The translations under genes and the position numbers were made by a program. From Planctomycetota bacterium (lineage in GTDB: Bacteria; Planctomycetota; UBA8108; SXIK01): a stretch of 64,000 nucleotides of DNA. Positions 19,101 to 28,648 of this stretch are shown piece after piece. The notes beneath the pieces were generated by a model. That model saw nothing but the letters and a program-made list of their open reading frames with translations. It did not search any database and was not told the DNA's origin. Where the stretch lies: contig CBDCXR010000004.1 of NCBI GenBank assembly GCA_965223845.1, positions 3,936,001-4,000,000 on the forward strand, read 5' to 3'. Each line of letters begins with the position of its first letter. The stretch's first letter is position 1.

Positions 19101-19577
19101 GGGAGCATCAACATCGCGGACGCTCTCTATTCGCTCAACTTCCAGTTCGCGAGCGGACCGGCGCCTCCTCCGCCGTACCCGGCGTGCGGTGTCGATCCGA
19201 CCGCCGACAACCTCCGCTGCGCCTCCTATCCGCCGTGTCGCACGCCGCCGGATCTGCGCCCGCTCCCGGTCGAAGACGACGACATCGCCGGCGCGTACTG
19301 CCGCCGAGACGGCCAGGATCTGATCGTCGTCGTCGAGAACGCGGGAGGCACTGACGCGAGATCATCATTCGTCGAGGTCGATTTCGTCGGGACCGGCGTG
19401 GTGCAGCGCGTCCCGACCCCTCCGATCGTGAGCGGAACTCGCGTCGACGTTCTCGTCCCGATCCCGCTCGGTTGTCACGATCCCGACTGCGAGTTCCGGA
19501 TCACCGTCGATGTCGACGACGTCGTCGCAGAATCGGACGAGCTCAACAACCAGGCGAGCGGAATGTGCCGGGGCTGA
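16158..19577 (+). CDS. Large secreted multidomain protein: CLCA-like zinc metalloprotease, FlgE-D2-like insert, vWA, beta-sandwich region, TSP3-like Ca repeats, dockerin-like, CARDB
   Basis: GGAGG RBS before ATG 16158; AHEIGHHAFGLGEQYD; FIDRSGSM (MIDAS) and LLSDGENN; DxDGDGIPD repeats; FRRADANTDGSLNIAD; VAESDELNNQ. Confidence 0.85.
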   Translation: MFRAGVSFLAFSCGFASIVLACGTLRAGSGKIHPDGTMDFVINYRFVPTPADLTRLKDALRGAADIICDATDGEIRFGEIRITGGAVAEDEADIWILPQNGRSGVTTYSDGSGLGRNGAHIRLHNDDVDAGIIAHEIGHHAFGLGEQYDEQRRFGGACGIGRGFELTAIDDRNNSIMQQSPGASELSVAANHDLVRGDNVVCPAIVETSMIEIDARLNSSATIVAFDSTDFDTARATSDIVGEVEVVDSIGAANEHAVLFFFERTGSSAWSLHVGIDDGDITGGTAGDLRILATIGLTFDATGALAGILPASPTFKIENLTNGAADLEIALDLGTLGAMDGVREGAGTSAVLMSAGDGFPLCSDSDCAQRWHSTRTRFETSDQTLFQGDSDWETLVRNYPFVTPPTGLPIAAMPGNCREKLSFVEEVEGSDQVMLFIDRSGSMDTPVESGSDSTRLDFAQAAARAFVDLQRGRGTVVGLVSFEESPRLDRGLGVLNDTEIEPLKTTISNLAAGGNTGIGTALNAATFEFQRVAADGRIRTAFLLSDGENNRGEDPDDAAERLRAEGVRIFTVPVGSGADRDLLEDIAAESAGEMLDAPTGDELPAIYFELAARILGHSLVLPRTASAVGDGGDGEPPRSEGFEFPVEIGTTHLNVILSTRNSLLATWTPEFELVGPGGESIREHDTEFVTTDPYYRLIRIPDPTPGTWALIVSSSGGVNQLSFVAAHAENPAPDLFVSAVPRRATAADTVSISAAAAYVADLDDTVIYEGWVRRPDESVVPLVFSRHPVSGTLEAPFNAYVGRGTYDVIVTALAGPRTHVAPGEPIFPGPAVPDIHVEPFARAARTSFFLDVSTFPPCRSPDCDGDGIPNETETEDDRDGDGLPNDRDDDADGDDVPDVHEGDVDSDGDGIPDYLDPDSDNDGIPDGEDPTRTQPDRKFRRADANTDGSLNIADPIFTLNALFQAAAPPLPCDDAADANDDGSINIADALYSLNFQFASGPAPPPPYPACGVDPTADNLRCASYPPCRTPPDLRPLPVEDDDIAGAYCRRDGQDLIVVVENAGGTDARSSFVEVDFVGTGVVQRVPTPPIVSGTRVDVLVPIPLGCHDPDCEFRITVDVDDVVAESDELNNQASGMCRG

Positions 19578-19628
19578 CGGAACCATCTCGGAAAGGACTC
19601 GAGACTAGTTCGATTCGCGCTGCGCGAT

Positions 19629-21617
19629 TCAATCCGCTGCGGCCTCGACCTTCCCGAAGAACTCCTCTTCCGAAAGAAGCCCGACGTCGAGGTCGCGCGC
19701 CTTCTTGGCTTTCGAGGTCGTCGAGTTCTGATCGACTAGAACGAGGTACGTGAGGCCGCGGCTCACGCTCGCCGCCGCCGTGCCCCCGAGCTGCTTGACG
19801 AGGTCCTGCATCTCTTTTCGCGTGTAGCGCTTGCCGGTCTCCGGGTTCTCGCGCTGGATCGCGCCCGTGAAGCAGAAGCTCATGCCGGCAAACGGTCCGT
19901 CGGTCGAGATCGGCGTCGGCTCCCCTTTCTGCGGCTCGACGCCGACCGCGCGCAGGCGCGAGATGCGTTCGGCGCGCCCGGCGAGACCTTCCGCCGCCTT
20001 CTCCGCGAGGATCTCCGCGAAGCCCTTCACGGACGCGAGGTCCTCGGGTGAAGCGGCGACCATCTTCGCGAGCGTGTCGTACTCGGCGTCGATCAGCATC
20101 TGAGCCCGTTGCCGCGAAAACTCGGGGATGTTGAGCGCGGCGATGAAGCGCGCGAGCGGCGGCTTCCGCGTCGCTTGAATGTTGCTCACGAACTTCGCGG
20201 CGAGAGTCTCCCCCATGCGCTCGAGCGGTGTGAGGTCTTCGGCGCGAAGGCGGTAGAGATCGGCCGGTTCCGTGACGAGCCCCCGCTCAATGAGGATCTG
20301 CACCCACTTTTCGCCGAGGGCGTCGATCTCGAGCTCCTGGATCCACTTGAAGATGTCGCCGTAAGCCTTTCCCGAGCACTCGGCATTCGGACAGATGAGA
20401 TGCTTGCCGACGAACTCGAGCTCTGCGCGGCAGGTCGGACACTTCTTCGGGATCTTCGGTCGCTTCGTCCCCTGCGATCGCACGACGCGCATCACCTTCG
20501 GGATCACGTCGCCCTTTCGCTCGACGAGGACGACGTCGCCGAGACGAACGTCGAGCCCGCGGACGTAGTCGGCGTTGTGTAGCGATGCGTTCGAGACGGT
20601 GACGCCGGCGATCTCGACGGGCTCCAGCCGCGCGACCGGCGTCACTCGCGCCGTGAGTCCGAGTGACCAATCGACCTCGCGGAGGATCGTCTCGCGTCCC
20701 TCGGACGGGAACTTGTACGCCATCGCGAAGCGGGGGCGATTTCCCCGCGAGCCGAGCTCGCGCTGCTTCGCGAGCTCGTTCTCGCGCACGACGAGGCCGT
20801 CGATCTCGTAGTCGAGCTTGAACCTCTCGCCAGCGCGCCCCTCCTCGCCTTGGTACCGCGTGTAGATGGAGCGAATCTCGTCGACTTCGCAGTCGACATA
20901 TGTCTTCGCGAGCGAAAACCCGAGCTCCTTTTCGAGGTAGTGCATCTTTTCGCGCTCGGTCGCGAACGGCTGCTCCGCATCACCGGCCTCGCCGATGACG
21001 ACATCGAAGTACCGCATCTCGAAGTGACGGTTGAGCGAGCGGTCGCCGTGCTTTTTCCGCACGGTTCCGCTCACGGTATTCCGAGGATTGGCGAAATCCC
21101 GCCCCACGAAGTGGCGCTCGAAATCGCTGAGGCGAAGGATGACTTCCCCGCGAACGCTTCCCGTGAAGCTCGTGCCGATTCGCGTGCGCACGTTTTTGAA
21201 GTAAACGGCGTTGTGCGTGACGACTTCACCGACGATTCCGTCGCCGCGCGTGATCGCGTCGACGAGCTCGCCGTTCTCGTACTCGAGCTCGAGGCTGATG
21301 CCGTCGAGCTTTTCCTGGACGAGAAAGAGCGGCCCCATCTTCCCCGTCCACGCGTCGAGCTTGTCCTCCGTGATCTTCTCGAGCGATCCCATCGGGATCT
21401 TGTGCGTCTTCCGCGGAAGCCCGGCGCCTTCCGGCGCGGCGCCGATCTCGCCGAGCACCGGACTCTCCGGCGCGAGGTCTCGGAGCTCGTCCTCGAGTCG
21501 ATCGAACTCGAGGTCGGAGATCTCCGGCGTGCCACCGTAGTAGAGCCCGCGGTGACGCCGGATCTCGGCTTCGAGATGCGCGATGCGATCCGCGTCGCGC
21601 CGTTTCGCATTCGTCAT
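19629..21617 (-). CDS. ligA: NAD-dependent DNA ligase
   Basis: YY..TPEISDLEFD, EKLDG, TRGDGIVGE.VTHN, FANPRN, YEIDGLV, PRFAMAYKF, C4 zinc finger, BRCT. Start placed at the ATGA overlap with the upstream stop. Confidence 0.95.
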   Translation of the reverse strand: MTNAKRRDADRIAHLEAEIRRHRGLYYGGTPEISDLEFDRLEDELRDLAPESPVLGEIGAAPEGAGLPRKTHKIPMGSLEKITEDKLDAWTGKMGPLFLVQEKLDGISLELEYENGELVDAITRGDGIVGEVVTHNAVYFKNVRTRIGTSFTGSVRGEVILRLSDFERHFVGRDFANPRNTVSGTVRKKHGDRSLNRHFEMRYFDVVIGEAGDAEQPFATEREKMHYLEKELGFSLAKTYVDCEVDEIRSIYTRYQGEEGRAGERFKLDYEIDGLVVRENELAKQRELGSRGNRPRFAMAYKFPSEGRETILREVDWSLGLTARVTPVARLEPVEIAGVTVSNASLHNADYVRGLDVRLGDVVLVERKGDVIPKVMRVVRSQGTKRPKIPKKCPTCRAELEFVGKHLICPNAECSGKAYGDIFKWIQELEIDALGEKWVQILIERGLVTEPADLYRLRAEDLTPLERMGETLAAKFVSNIQATRKPPLARFIAALNIPEFSRQRAQMLIDAEYDTLAKMVAASPEDLASVKGFAEILAEKAAEGLAGRAERISRLRAVGVEPQKGEPTPISTDGPFAGMSFCFTGAIQRENPETGKRYTRKEMQDLVKQLGGTAAASVSRGLTYLVLVDQNSTTSKAKKARDLDVGLLSEEEFFGKVEAAAD

Positions 21618-23671
21618 GACGCAGCCGAGCCGACCCGCCGGAGCGCGACACGGTTGTCGTGAAACGTCGAGCCACCGCCGAGCTCCGTGAGGCGTGCACT
21701 CGCGAGGGTGTTGATACCGCGGCCGCACGGCGAGTGGCTCGGCCACCAGGTGCCTTCCGCGATGACGACCCCGCGCTGCGCTTCCTCCGTCACTTGCGCC
21801 CGGAGACGGGCGGTGCCGTGCTCGTTCGAGAGCTCGATCCAGTCGCCGGACCGCGCGCCGTCGGCATCGGCCGGGTGGACGACGCAGCAGGGTTCGACAC
21901 CTTCGCGCCGTCGCGCGCGCTCTCCCCAGCCGAACGAGCTGTTGAGGAACGCGTGGGCGGGCGGCGTAATCAACCGCAGCGGAAATTCGTCCGGACGTTC
22001 GTCGAACGGGTCACCGCGGTAGTCGACGAGTGCGTGCCCCTCGGACTCGAGTTGCTTCGCGTAGAACTCGAGCTTGCCGCTCGGCGTAGGGAACCCGTCT
22101 TCGTATCCGCTTCGCCCGCGCGGGATGCTGAGCCGCGTAGTCCTTCCCGCGAGAACATCGTCGACGTCGATTCCGTCGAAGTTCGAATGGGACGTCGCGG
22201 CGAACATGGCGCGGACGAACTCTTCCGTCCTCATCCGTGTCCACGCATCCTCGATGCCGAGTTTCTCGGCGAGCGCCTGCGCAACCGCGAGGTTCGAGCG
22301 CGCTTCTCCGGGCGGCGGGATCGCGGCCTGCGCATACTGAGTGTAGAGACTACCGTAGCTCTTGTAGAGATCGTCGACCTCGGGGAAGGCCACGGCCGGT
22401 AGGACGATGTCGGCGAATCGCGCGGTATCCGTAAGAAAGCGCTCGTGGACGACGGTGAAGAGATCGTCGCGCTCGAGTCCCGCGTGGACGCGGGCTTGGA
22501 GCGGCGCCGTTGTCGCCGGGTTCGTGCCGTGAACGTAGAGCGCCCGAATCGGCGGATCGTTCCACTCGGTGAGCGCGATCCCGAGATCGGTCATGTTCAT
22601 CTCGCGAACGGACTCGGCGCGCCAGTCGGGACGACGAACGGGATCTAGGTTCAGCTTGAACTCGCACCCCGAGTCGTAGAGCACTCCCCCACCGACCTTG
22701 CGCACGGCGCCGAGAGCACCGGCGAGGCAGCAGATCGCACGCATCGCAGACGCTCCGTGGGAGCTCCGCCCGAGCCCGATCCCGACCTTGAAGAGCGGCG
22801 TCTTCGCGTCGGCGAGTCGGTGGGCGAACGCCTCGATCGTCTCGGCGTCGATTCCCGTGATCGCTGCGACGCGCTCGGGCGAATACTTCGGCAGGATCTC
22901 TGCCGCTAAGCGCTCGTAGCCGACGGTCCACTCGGCGATGAACCCGCGGTCGACGCGATCCGACCTCTCGAGGACGTGCATCAGCGACAGCGCGAGCGCA
23001 GTATCCGTTCCCGGGCGCACTCGAAGCCACCGATCGGCCATCTTCGCGGTCCGATTGCGGTAAACATCGATCACCCAGAGCGGCGCGCCAGCATCGCGCG
23101 CTTCGTTCACGAACGGAACGAGGTGCACCTGCGTCGTCGCGATGTTCGCTCCCCACACGGTGATGAAATCCGAGTGGACGACGTCCTCGAGATCGACTCC
23201 GTAGCCGCCGCCGAGCACCGCCTCGTACCCGGCGTCGGCGCCGTAGTAGCAGATGTTCGGACGGATCTCCGTCGCGCCGAGCCAGTGGAAGACCGCGTCG
23301 GGAGCGTTGCGGTTCACCGTCCCCATCGTCCCGGCGTAGTAGTAGTTCAGGATCGATTCGCCGCCGTGCTCGCGGCGGGCGGCGCTGAACTCGTTCGCGA
23401 TCGTATCGAGCGCTTCGTCCCAAGAAATCGGCCGAAACGAACCGGAGCCCTTCGCGCCGTCGCGGCGAAGCGGATGGAGCAAGCGGTCGGGCGAGTTGAT
23501 CGTCTCCTCGTACGCGCCGACTTTGCCGCAAAGGAAACCGCGCGTGATGGGATGATCGGGGTCGCCCTCGAAGCGGATCGCGCGGCCGTCCCGGATCGTG
23601 ACGAGCACGGAGCACGCGTCGGGGCAGTCGTGCGAACAGACGGTGCGAACATGAGATTCGGAGTCGGACAT
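21614..23671 (-). CDS. Molybdopterin oxidoreductase (MopB superfamily, cytoplasmic, YoaE-like)
   Basis: CSHDCPDAC...GFLCGK Fe-S motif, ISWDEALD, VRPGTDTALAL, TDTARFADIVLP, FLNSSF. No Tat signal seen. Confidence 0.9.
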   Translation of the reverse strand: MSDSESHVRTVCSHDCPDACSVLVTIRDGRAIRFEGDPDHPITRGFLCGKVGAYEETINSPDRLLHPLRRDGAKGSGSFRPISWDEALDTIANEFSAARREHGGESILNYYYAGTMGTVNRNAPDAVFHWLGATEIRPNICYYGADAGYEAVLGGGYGVDLEDVVHSDFITVWGANIATTQVHLVPFVNEARDAGAPLWVIDVYRNRTAKMADRWLRVRPGTDTALALSLMHVLERSDRVDRGFIAEWTVGYERLAAEILPKYSPERVAAITGIDAETIEAFAHRLADAKTPLFKVGIGLGRSSHGASAMRAICCLAGALGAVRKVGGGVLYDSGCEFKLNLDPVRRPDWRAESVREMNMTDLGIALTEWNDPPIRALYVHGTNPATTAPLQARVHAGLERDDLFTVVHERFLTDTARFADIVLPAVAFPEVDDLYKSYGSLYTQYAQAAIPPPGEARSNLAVAQALAEKLGIEDAWTRMRTEEFVRAMFAATSHSNFDGIDVDDVLAGRTTRLSIPRGRSGYEDGFPTPSGKLEFYAKQLESEGHALVDYRGDPFDERPDEFPLRLITPPAHAFLNSSFGWGERARRREGVEPCCVVHPADADGARSGDWIELSNEHGTARLRAQVTEEAQRGVVIAEGTWWPSHSPCGRGINTLASARLTELGGGSTFHDNRVALRRVGSAAS

Positions 23672-23892
23672 CGAGATCTGGCGTCTCCCGTCGAGCGGTC
23701 GCCTGCAATCATTTCGCACCGCGAAAGGGCGGTGCTTCGGATCCAGACGAGGACTCATTCTCGCGGTCTCGATCGACCTTTTCAACGGCGGTGAGTGCGC
23801 GGTTGACGATGGCGTGATGCCGCGGACATCATTGCACGCGCGTCGCGATCGATCCGCCGACGCTCACGCCGTCCACCCGAGTTTCACGTCCC

Positions 23893-26337
23893 ATGAGCAC
23901 GAAAACTTCACCCGCTCTCGAAAGCCGCTTCGCCGATCTCATCGCGACCGAGATCGGCAGCCGCCGCGCGCAGGTCGAGTCCGCCGCGGCGCTTCTCGCT
24001 GAGGGCGCGACCGTCCCCTTCATCGCGCGCTACCGAAAGGAAGCGACGGGTGGGCTACTCGACGAGCAGCTCGAGACCCTCGCGAAGCGAAGGGAGTATT
24101 TCCTCGAGCTCACGGAACGACGCGACGCCATCCTCGCGAGCATCGAAGAACAAGGGCGCCTGACGGACGAGCTCGCCCAGTCGGTCCGCTCGGCTCTCAC
24201 GAAGCAGCAACTCGAGGATCTCTACCTTCCCTACAAGCCGAAGCGCCGAACGCGCGCACAGATCGCTCGGGAGCGAGGGCTCGAGCCGCTCGCCGATCGG
24301 ATCGTCGAGCTCGCGGGGACCGAACGAGCGCCCGCGGAACTCGCCGAGGAGTTCGTTTCATCCGAACGCGACATCGCCGACGCCGACGCCGCGCTCGCGG
24401 GTGCCCGAGATATCCTCGCCGAGCGGATCGCCGAGGACGCGACGAACCGAGCCCGTCTCCGCGAACGAATGGAAGAGAGCGGCGCGCTCCGCGTGCGCGT
24501 CGTCGACGAGGAGAAGGAAGGGGCGGCCGTCTTTCGCGACTACTTCGACCATACGGAACCCGCCCGCGGACTCCCTTCGCACCGCATGCTCGCGATCGCG
24601 CGCGGCGAACGCGAGGGCGTCCTCGTCTCGACACTCGAGCTCGACGACGACGCGGAGATCGCGCAGATCGGGGCGCGCTGGGGCGTTCCGCTGACGACAC
24701 CGTGCGGCCGCGAAATCGCTGACGCCACTGCGGACGGGTACCGCCGCCTTCTCCGTCCGTCGATCTCGACCGAGGTTCGCCAGTCGGTAAAGGAACGCGC
24801 CGAGACGGAAGCGATCGCCGTCTTTCGCGACAATCTCGAGGCTCTCCTTCTGCAGTCCCCGCTCGGCGAGCTTCCCGTGCTCGGGCTCGACCCGGCGTAT
24901 CGAACGGGTTCCAAGCTCGCGGTCTGCGACCCGACCGGTCGAGTCGTCGCAACGGGAGTCGTCCATCCGGTCGCCCCAAACGCGCGCGAGAAGGAAGCGG
25001 CGGCGAAGCTGCTCGATCTCGTGAAGACGCACGCGGTGAAAGCGGTCGCCGTCGGAAACGGCACGGGAAGCCGGGAGACCGAGAGATTCGTGAGGCAGCT
25101 CTTCAAGTCGGAGGGGATCGCGGTCACCGTCGTGATCGTTCCAGAGACCGGAGCGTCGGTGTACTCCGCGTCCGAGACGGCACGAGCGGAGCTCCCCGAT
25201 CTCGATGTCGCGGTGCGCGGAGCCGTCTCGATCGCGCGACGGCTCCAAGATCCGCTCGCCGAGCTCGTCAAGATCGAGCCGCGTTCCCTCGGAGTCGGGC
25301 AGTATCAGCACGATGTCGACCAGCGAAAGCTCGCGCGCGAGCTCGACATTGCGGTCGAGAAAGTCGTGAACCGAGTGGGAATCGAGCTCAACAGCGCGTC
25401 GGCGTCTCTCCTCCGGCGGACCTCGGGACTCTCCGAGCGAATCGCGAAGTCGATCGTCGCGCACCGCGAGGCGAACGGACCGTTCAAGACTCGGGGAGAT
25501 CTTCTCGCCGTCGACGGATTCGGACCGAGGACCTTCGAGCTCGCCGCGGGGTTCCTCCGGCTCCGAACCGGGGAGCATCCGCTCGATCGAACCGCGGTTC
25601 ATCCCGAGCGCTACAAGGTCGTCGAAGGTATGGCGCGCGAGCTCGGCGTCGAGCTCCGGAGTCTCGTCGGCGACGCGAACCAGGTCGCGAGACTCGATTG
25701 GAAGCGCTTCGCGAGCGACGAGGAGGGACTCGGAGAGTTCACGCTGGAGGACATCCGCCGTGAGCTCGAGCGACCCGGACGCGATCCGAGACCGGAGTTC
25801 GAAGCGCCGGCGTGGCGGGACGACGTCGTCGACATCGAAAGCATCGAAACGGGAATGACGCTCGAAGGACGGGTCTCGAACGTGACGAACTTCGGCGCGT
25901 TCGTCGACCTAGGCGTCAAGCGCGACGGCCTCGTCCATCTCTCCGAGCTCTCCCACGAGTGGGTCGACGACCCGCGCGACGTCGTCCGGGTCGGACAAGT
26001 CGTCAAGGTGAAGGTGCTCGAAGTCGATCGGGAGCGCGGGCGCGTCGGCTTATCGATGAAGGCGCTCACGCCCGCTTCGGCGGGGAGGGACGGACCGCGA
26101 GCGGGTGGCCGCACAAAACGAGATCGGGGGCCGGATCGAGCGGGAAGGGAGAGCTCGACGAAATCGACGTCGGCCAGCCCACGCGCGCGGAGAGAGCAAT
26201 CGAAGTCTCCGGGAGCATCGCGCGACGACCGGCGAAAGCACGAGCGAAGAAACGAGCGAAGAAACGAGCGAGATGCGGATCCCACTCGCGAGACGACGGT
26301 CGACGATTTGCTCGAGAAGTGGGGTCGGCGGCATTGA
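23893..26337 (+). CDS. tex: Tex/YhgF RNA-binding transcriptional accessory protein
   Basis: EGATVPFIARYRKEATG, LEDLYLPYKPKRRT, GLDPAYRTGSK, GASVYSAS, GVGQYQHDV, S1 domain. Confidence 0.95.
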   Translation: MSTKTSPALESRFADLIATEIGSRRAQVESAAALLAEGATVPFIARYRKEATGGLLDEQLETLAKRREYFLELTERRDAILASIEEQGRLTDELAQSVRSALTKQQLEDLYLPYKPKRRTRAQIARERGLEPLADRIVELAGTERAPAELAEEFVSSERDIADADAALAGARDILAERIAEDATNRARLRERMEESGALRVRVVDEEKEGAAVFRDYFDHTEPARGLPSHRMLAIARGEREGVLVSTLELDDDAEIAQIGARWGVPLTTPCGREIADATADGYRRLLRPSISTEVRQSVKERAETEAIAVFRDNLEALLLQSPLGELPVLGLDPAYRTGSKLAVCDPTGRVVATGVVHPVAPNAREKEAAAKLLDLVKTHAVKAVAVGNGTGSRETERFVRQLFKSEGIAVTVVIVPETGASVYSASETARAELPDLDVAVRGAVSIARRLQDPLAELVKIEPRSLGVGQYQHDVDQRKLARELDIAVEKVVNRVGIELNSASASLLRRTSGLSERIAKSIVAHREANGPFKTRGDLLAVDGFGPRTFELAAGFLRLRTGEHPLDRTAVHPERYKVVEGMARELGVELRSLVGDANQVARLDWKRFASDEEGLGEFTLEDIRRELERPGRDPRPEFEAPAWRDDVVDIESIETGMTLEGRVSNVTNFGAFVDLGVKRDGLVHLSELSHEWVDDPRDVVRVGQVVKVKVLEVDRERGRVGLSMKALTPASAGRDGPRAGGRTKRDRGPDRAGRESSTKSTSASPRARREQSKSPGASRDDRRKHERRNERRNERDADPTRETTVDDLLEKWGRRH
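26240..26271 (+). repeat. 12-bp tandem repeat (about 2.7 copies) in the tex 3' tail
   Basis: ACGAGCGAAGAA ACGAGCGAAGAA ACGAGCGA, encoding ERRN repeats. Confidence 0.8.
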
Positions 26338-26468
26338 AGCACACTTCCGAGGCCCTATCCCTCGCCCAGTAGCTGCTGGCGAAAACGCCCCCCGTATTCA
26401 TAATCGCCCGTTCGTCCTCGTCTCGTGTTCGCGCGGTCCCATCCCTTAGAGATCGAACTTCACCCCCG

Positions 26469-27512
26469 ATGCCAACCCTCGTCATCCTCACCGAAGGTCA
26501 GTCGAACCCCATGGCCGCGAAGACCGCGACCGGCGTTCTTCGCTACCGCGGCGAGGACGTCGTCGCTCTTCTCGATTCGACGAATGCCGGGAAGACGTGC
26601 GGTGCGGTTCTCGGGGTCGGCGGCGAAACTCCGATCGTCGGCTCGCTCGACGACGTAGAGGCAGACGCGCTCCTCATCGGGATCGCGCCGGCCGGCGGGG
26701 CGCTTCCCGAATCCTGGCGCGAGGTGATCCGGACGGCGATCGGCCGCGGGATGGACGTGATCAGCGGACTTCACACGTTCCTTAGCGACGACGACGAGTT
26801 CGCCTCGCTCGCCGCGAAACAGGGCGTTCGACTCGACGACGTTCGGCGACCCGATCCCGAGATCAGTGTCGCGCGGGATCTCGTTCGGTCGAGCCGACCT
26901 CACCGTGTGCACACGGTCGGTCACGACTGCGGCGTCGGCAAGATGCTGATCGCGATCGAGCTCGATCGGGCGCTCCGAGAAGCGGGGCGCCGGAGCGAGT
27001 TCATCGCGACGGGTCAGACCGGCATCATGATCACGGGGAGCGGCGTGCCGATCGACCGGGTCGTCAGCGATTTTGTCGCCGGTGCCATCGAGGCCGAGAT
27101 TCTCGCGCGGGACGAGGCCGAATTCCTCGTCATCGAAGGTCAGGGCAGCATCTCGCACCCGCTCTACTCGGGCGTCACGCTCGGGCTTCTTCATGGCTGC
27201 GCGCCGCAGACGCTCATCCTAGCCTTCGATCCCACGCGAACGACGATCAAGAGTACGACGATGCCCATCCGGCCGCTCGGCGAGCTGATCTCGGTCTATG
27301 AAGCCGCCGCCGGGTTCCTCTGTCCTTCGAAAATCGTCGGTCTCGCGGCGAACACCTCGACCCTCGACGCCGACGACGCGCGGCGGACGATGGCGCGCAC
27401 GGAAGACGAGCTCGGACTTCCGGTCGTCGACGTCATCCGCGACGGGACCGAACGACTTCGCGACGCCGTTCTCGAACGCGATCGCGAGCTTCGGGGTACG
27501 GCCGACCAGTAG
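26469..27512 (+). CDS. DUF1611 protein (DgcN-like D-glutamate N-acetyltransferase)
   Basis: AKTATGVLRY, IGIAPAGG.LP, SGLH, VGHDCGVGKM, ATGQTGIMI, EGQGSISHP.YSGVTLGLLHG. Confidence 0.9.
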   Translation: MPTLVILTEGQSNPMAAKTATGVLRYRGEDVVALLDSTNAGKTCGAVLGVGGETPIVGSLDDVEADALLIGIAPAGGALPESWREVIRTAIGRGMDVISGLHTFLSDDDEFASLAAKQGVRLDDVRRPDPEISVARDLVRSSRPHRVHTVGHDCGVGKMLIAIELDRALREAGRRSEFIATGQTGIMITGSGVPIDRVVSDFVAGAIEAEILARDEAEFLVIEGQGSISHPLYSGVTLGLLHGCAPQTLILAFDPTRTTIKSTTMPIRPLGELISVYEAAAGFLCPSKIVGLAANTSTLDADDARRTMARTEDELGLPVVDVIRDGTERLRDAVLERDRELRGTADQ

Positions 27513-27609
27513 TAGCGAACGTAGCCCTCTCACACCTCGAGCGGTTTTTCTCTCTCTTCGTGCGCTTCGCGCCGTTCGTGTGAATCTTTTCGTCGGAGCC
27601 CGATCGAAG

Positions 27610-28632
27610 ATGCAAATCCGAACGATCACCCACGACCTCGAGCTCGCGCACACGTTCACGATCGCGCGGAGCTCACAGGACGTCTCGCGCGTCGCCGTCG
27701 CGACCATCGCCCACGGCGGCGTGAGCGGGCGCGGCGAAGCTTGCCCGAGCGACTTCTACTCCGAAACGGCCGAGACGGTGATCGCGGCGCTCGAACGCCT
27801 CTCGCCCTGGATCGAGACCGAGTCTCCCGTCGAGTACACGCATTTCCTCGAGGAAGCGGCGGAGCGCCTCGGCCCCGAACGCGCGGCACTCTCCGCGCTC
27901 GATCTCGCCGTCCACGACTGGTTCGGCCGGCGCGTCGAACAGCCTCTCTATCGACTCCTCGGCCTCGACATCGGGCGCATTCCGCGAACGTCGTTCACGA
28001 TCGGCATCGACGACTTAGACGTGATGGTCGAAAAGCTGCGCGAAGCGAAGGACCACCCGATCATCAAGATCAAGCTGGGAATGCCGAACGACATCGAGCT
28101 CGTCCGAACGCTTCGCGCCGAGACGGAGGCGATCTTCCGCGTCGACGCGAACTGCGCGTGGACGCCGCACGAGACGATCGAAAAGTCGACGGAGCTCGCC
28201 GCACTCGGCGTCGAGTTCATCGAGCAGCCCCTCCCGCCGGAGGATCTCGACGGGATGGACGAGGTGTTCGCGAAGAGCGCGCTACCCGTGATCGCCGACG
28301 AAAACTCCGTCGTTCCTCGGGACGTACCGAGTCTTCGCGGCAAGTTTCACGGAATCAACATCAAGCTCGTCAAGTGCGGCGGGATCAAGCCGGCCCTCGA
28401 GATGATCCATATCGCGCGCGCCCTCGATCTCAGGGTGATGATCGGCTGCATGGTCGACAGCTCACTCAGCGCGACCGCGGCCGCGCAGATCGGCGCTCTC
28501 GCCGACTACCTCGATCTCGACGGTCCTCTCCTCATCAAGAACGATCCCTACCGCGGGCTCGAATACATCGACGGCCGTCCGATGCCGCTCCACCGACCCG
28601 GACTCGGTGTCGAACCGAACCCGCTCGTCTGA
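27610..28632 (+). CDS. Dipeptide epimerase, enolase superfamily (DgcA/YkfB-like)
   Basis: Start reassigned to ATG 27610 (MQIRTI...FTIAR). IKIKLG, RVDAN, FIEQP, IADEN, INIKLVKCGG, MIGCM, DLDG. Confidence 0.9.
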   Translation: MQIRTITHDLELAHTFTIARSSQDVSRVAVATIAHGGVSGRGEACPSDFYSETAETVIAALERLSPWIETESPVEYTHFLEEAAERLGPERAALSALDLAVHDWFGRRVEQPLYRLLGLDIGRIPRTSFTIGIDDLDVMVEKLREAKDHPIIKIKLGMPNDIELVRTLRAETEAIFRVDANCAWTPHETIEKSTELAALGVEFIEQPLPPEDLDGMDEVFAKSALPVIADENSVVPRDVPSLRGKFHGINIKLVKCGGIKPALEMIHIARALDLRVMIGCMVDSSLSATAAAQIGALADYLDLDGPLLIKNDPYRGLEYIDGRPMPLHRPGLGVEPNPLV

Positions 28633-28648
28633 ACCGCGAACGCACCCG

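Noticed and set aside
26240-26271. Tandem repeat in tex as a phase-variation switch
   Set aside because: The 12-bp unit keeps frame and lies in a disordered tail.
27298-27609. N-terminal extensions of ORF-track calls (also 12481-12651, 21618-21746, 23672-23785, 59685-59963)
   Set aside because: They overlap neighbouring genes or lack homology-like content; downstream starts have RBSs, stop/start overlaps or family-typical N-termini.
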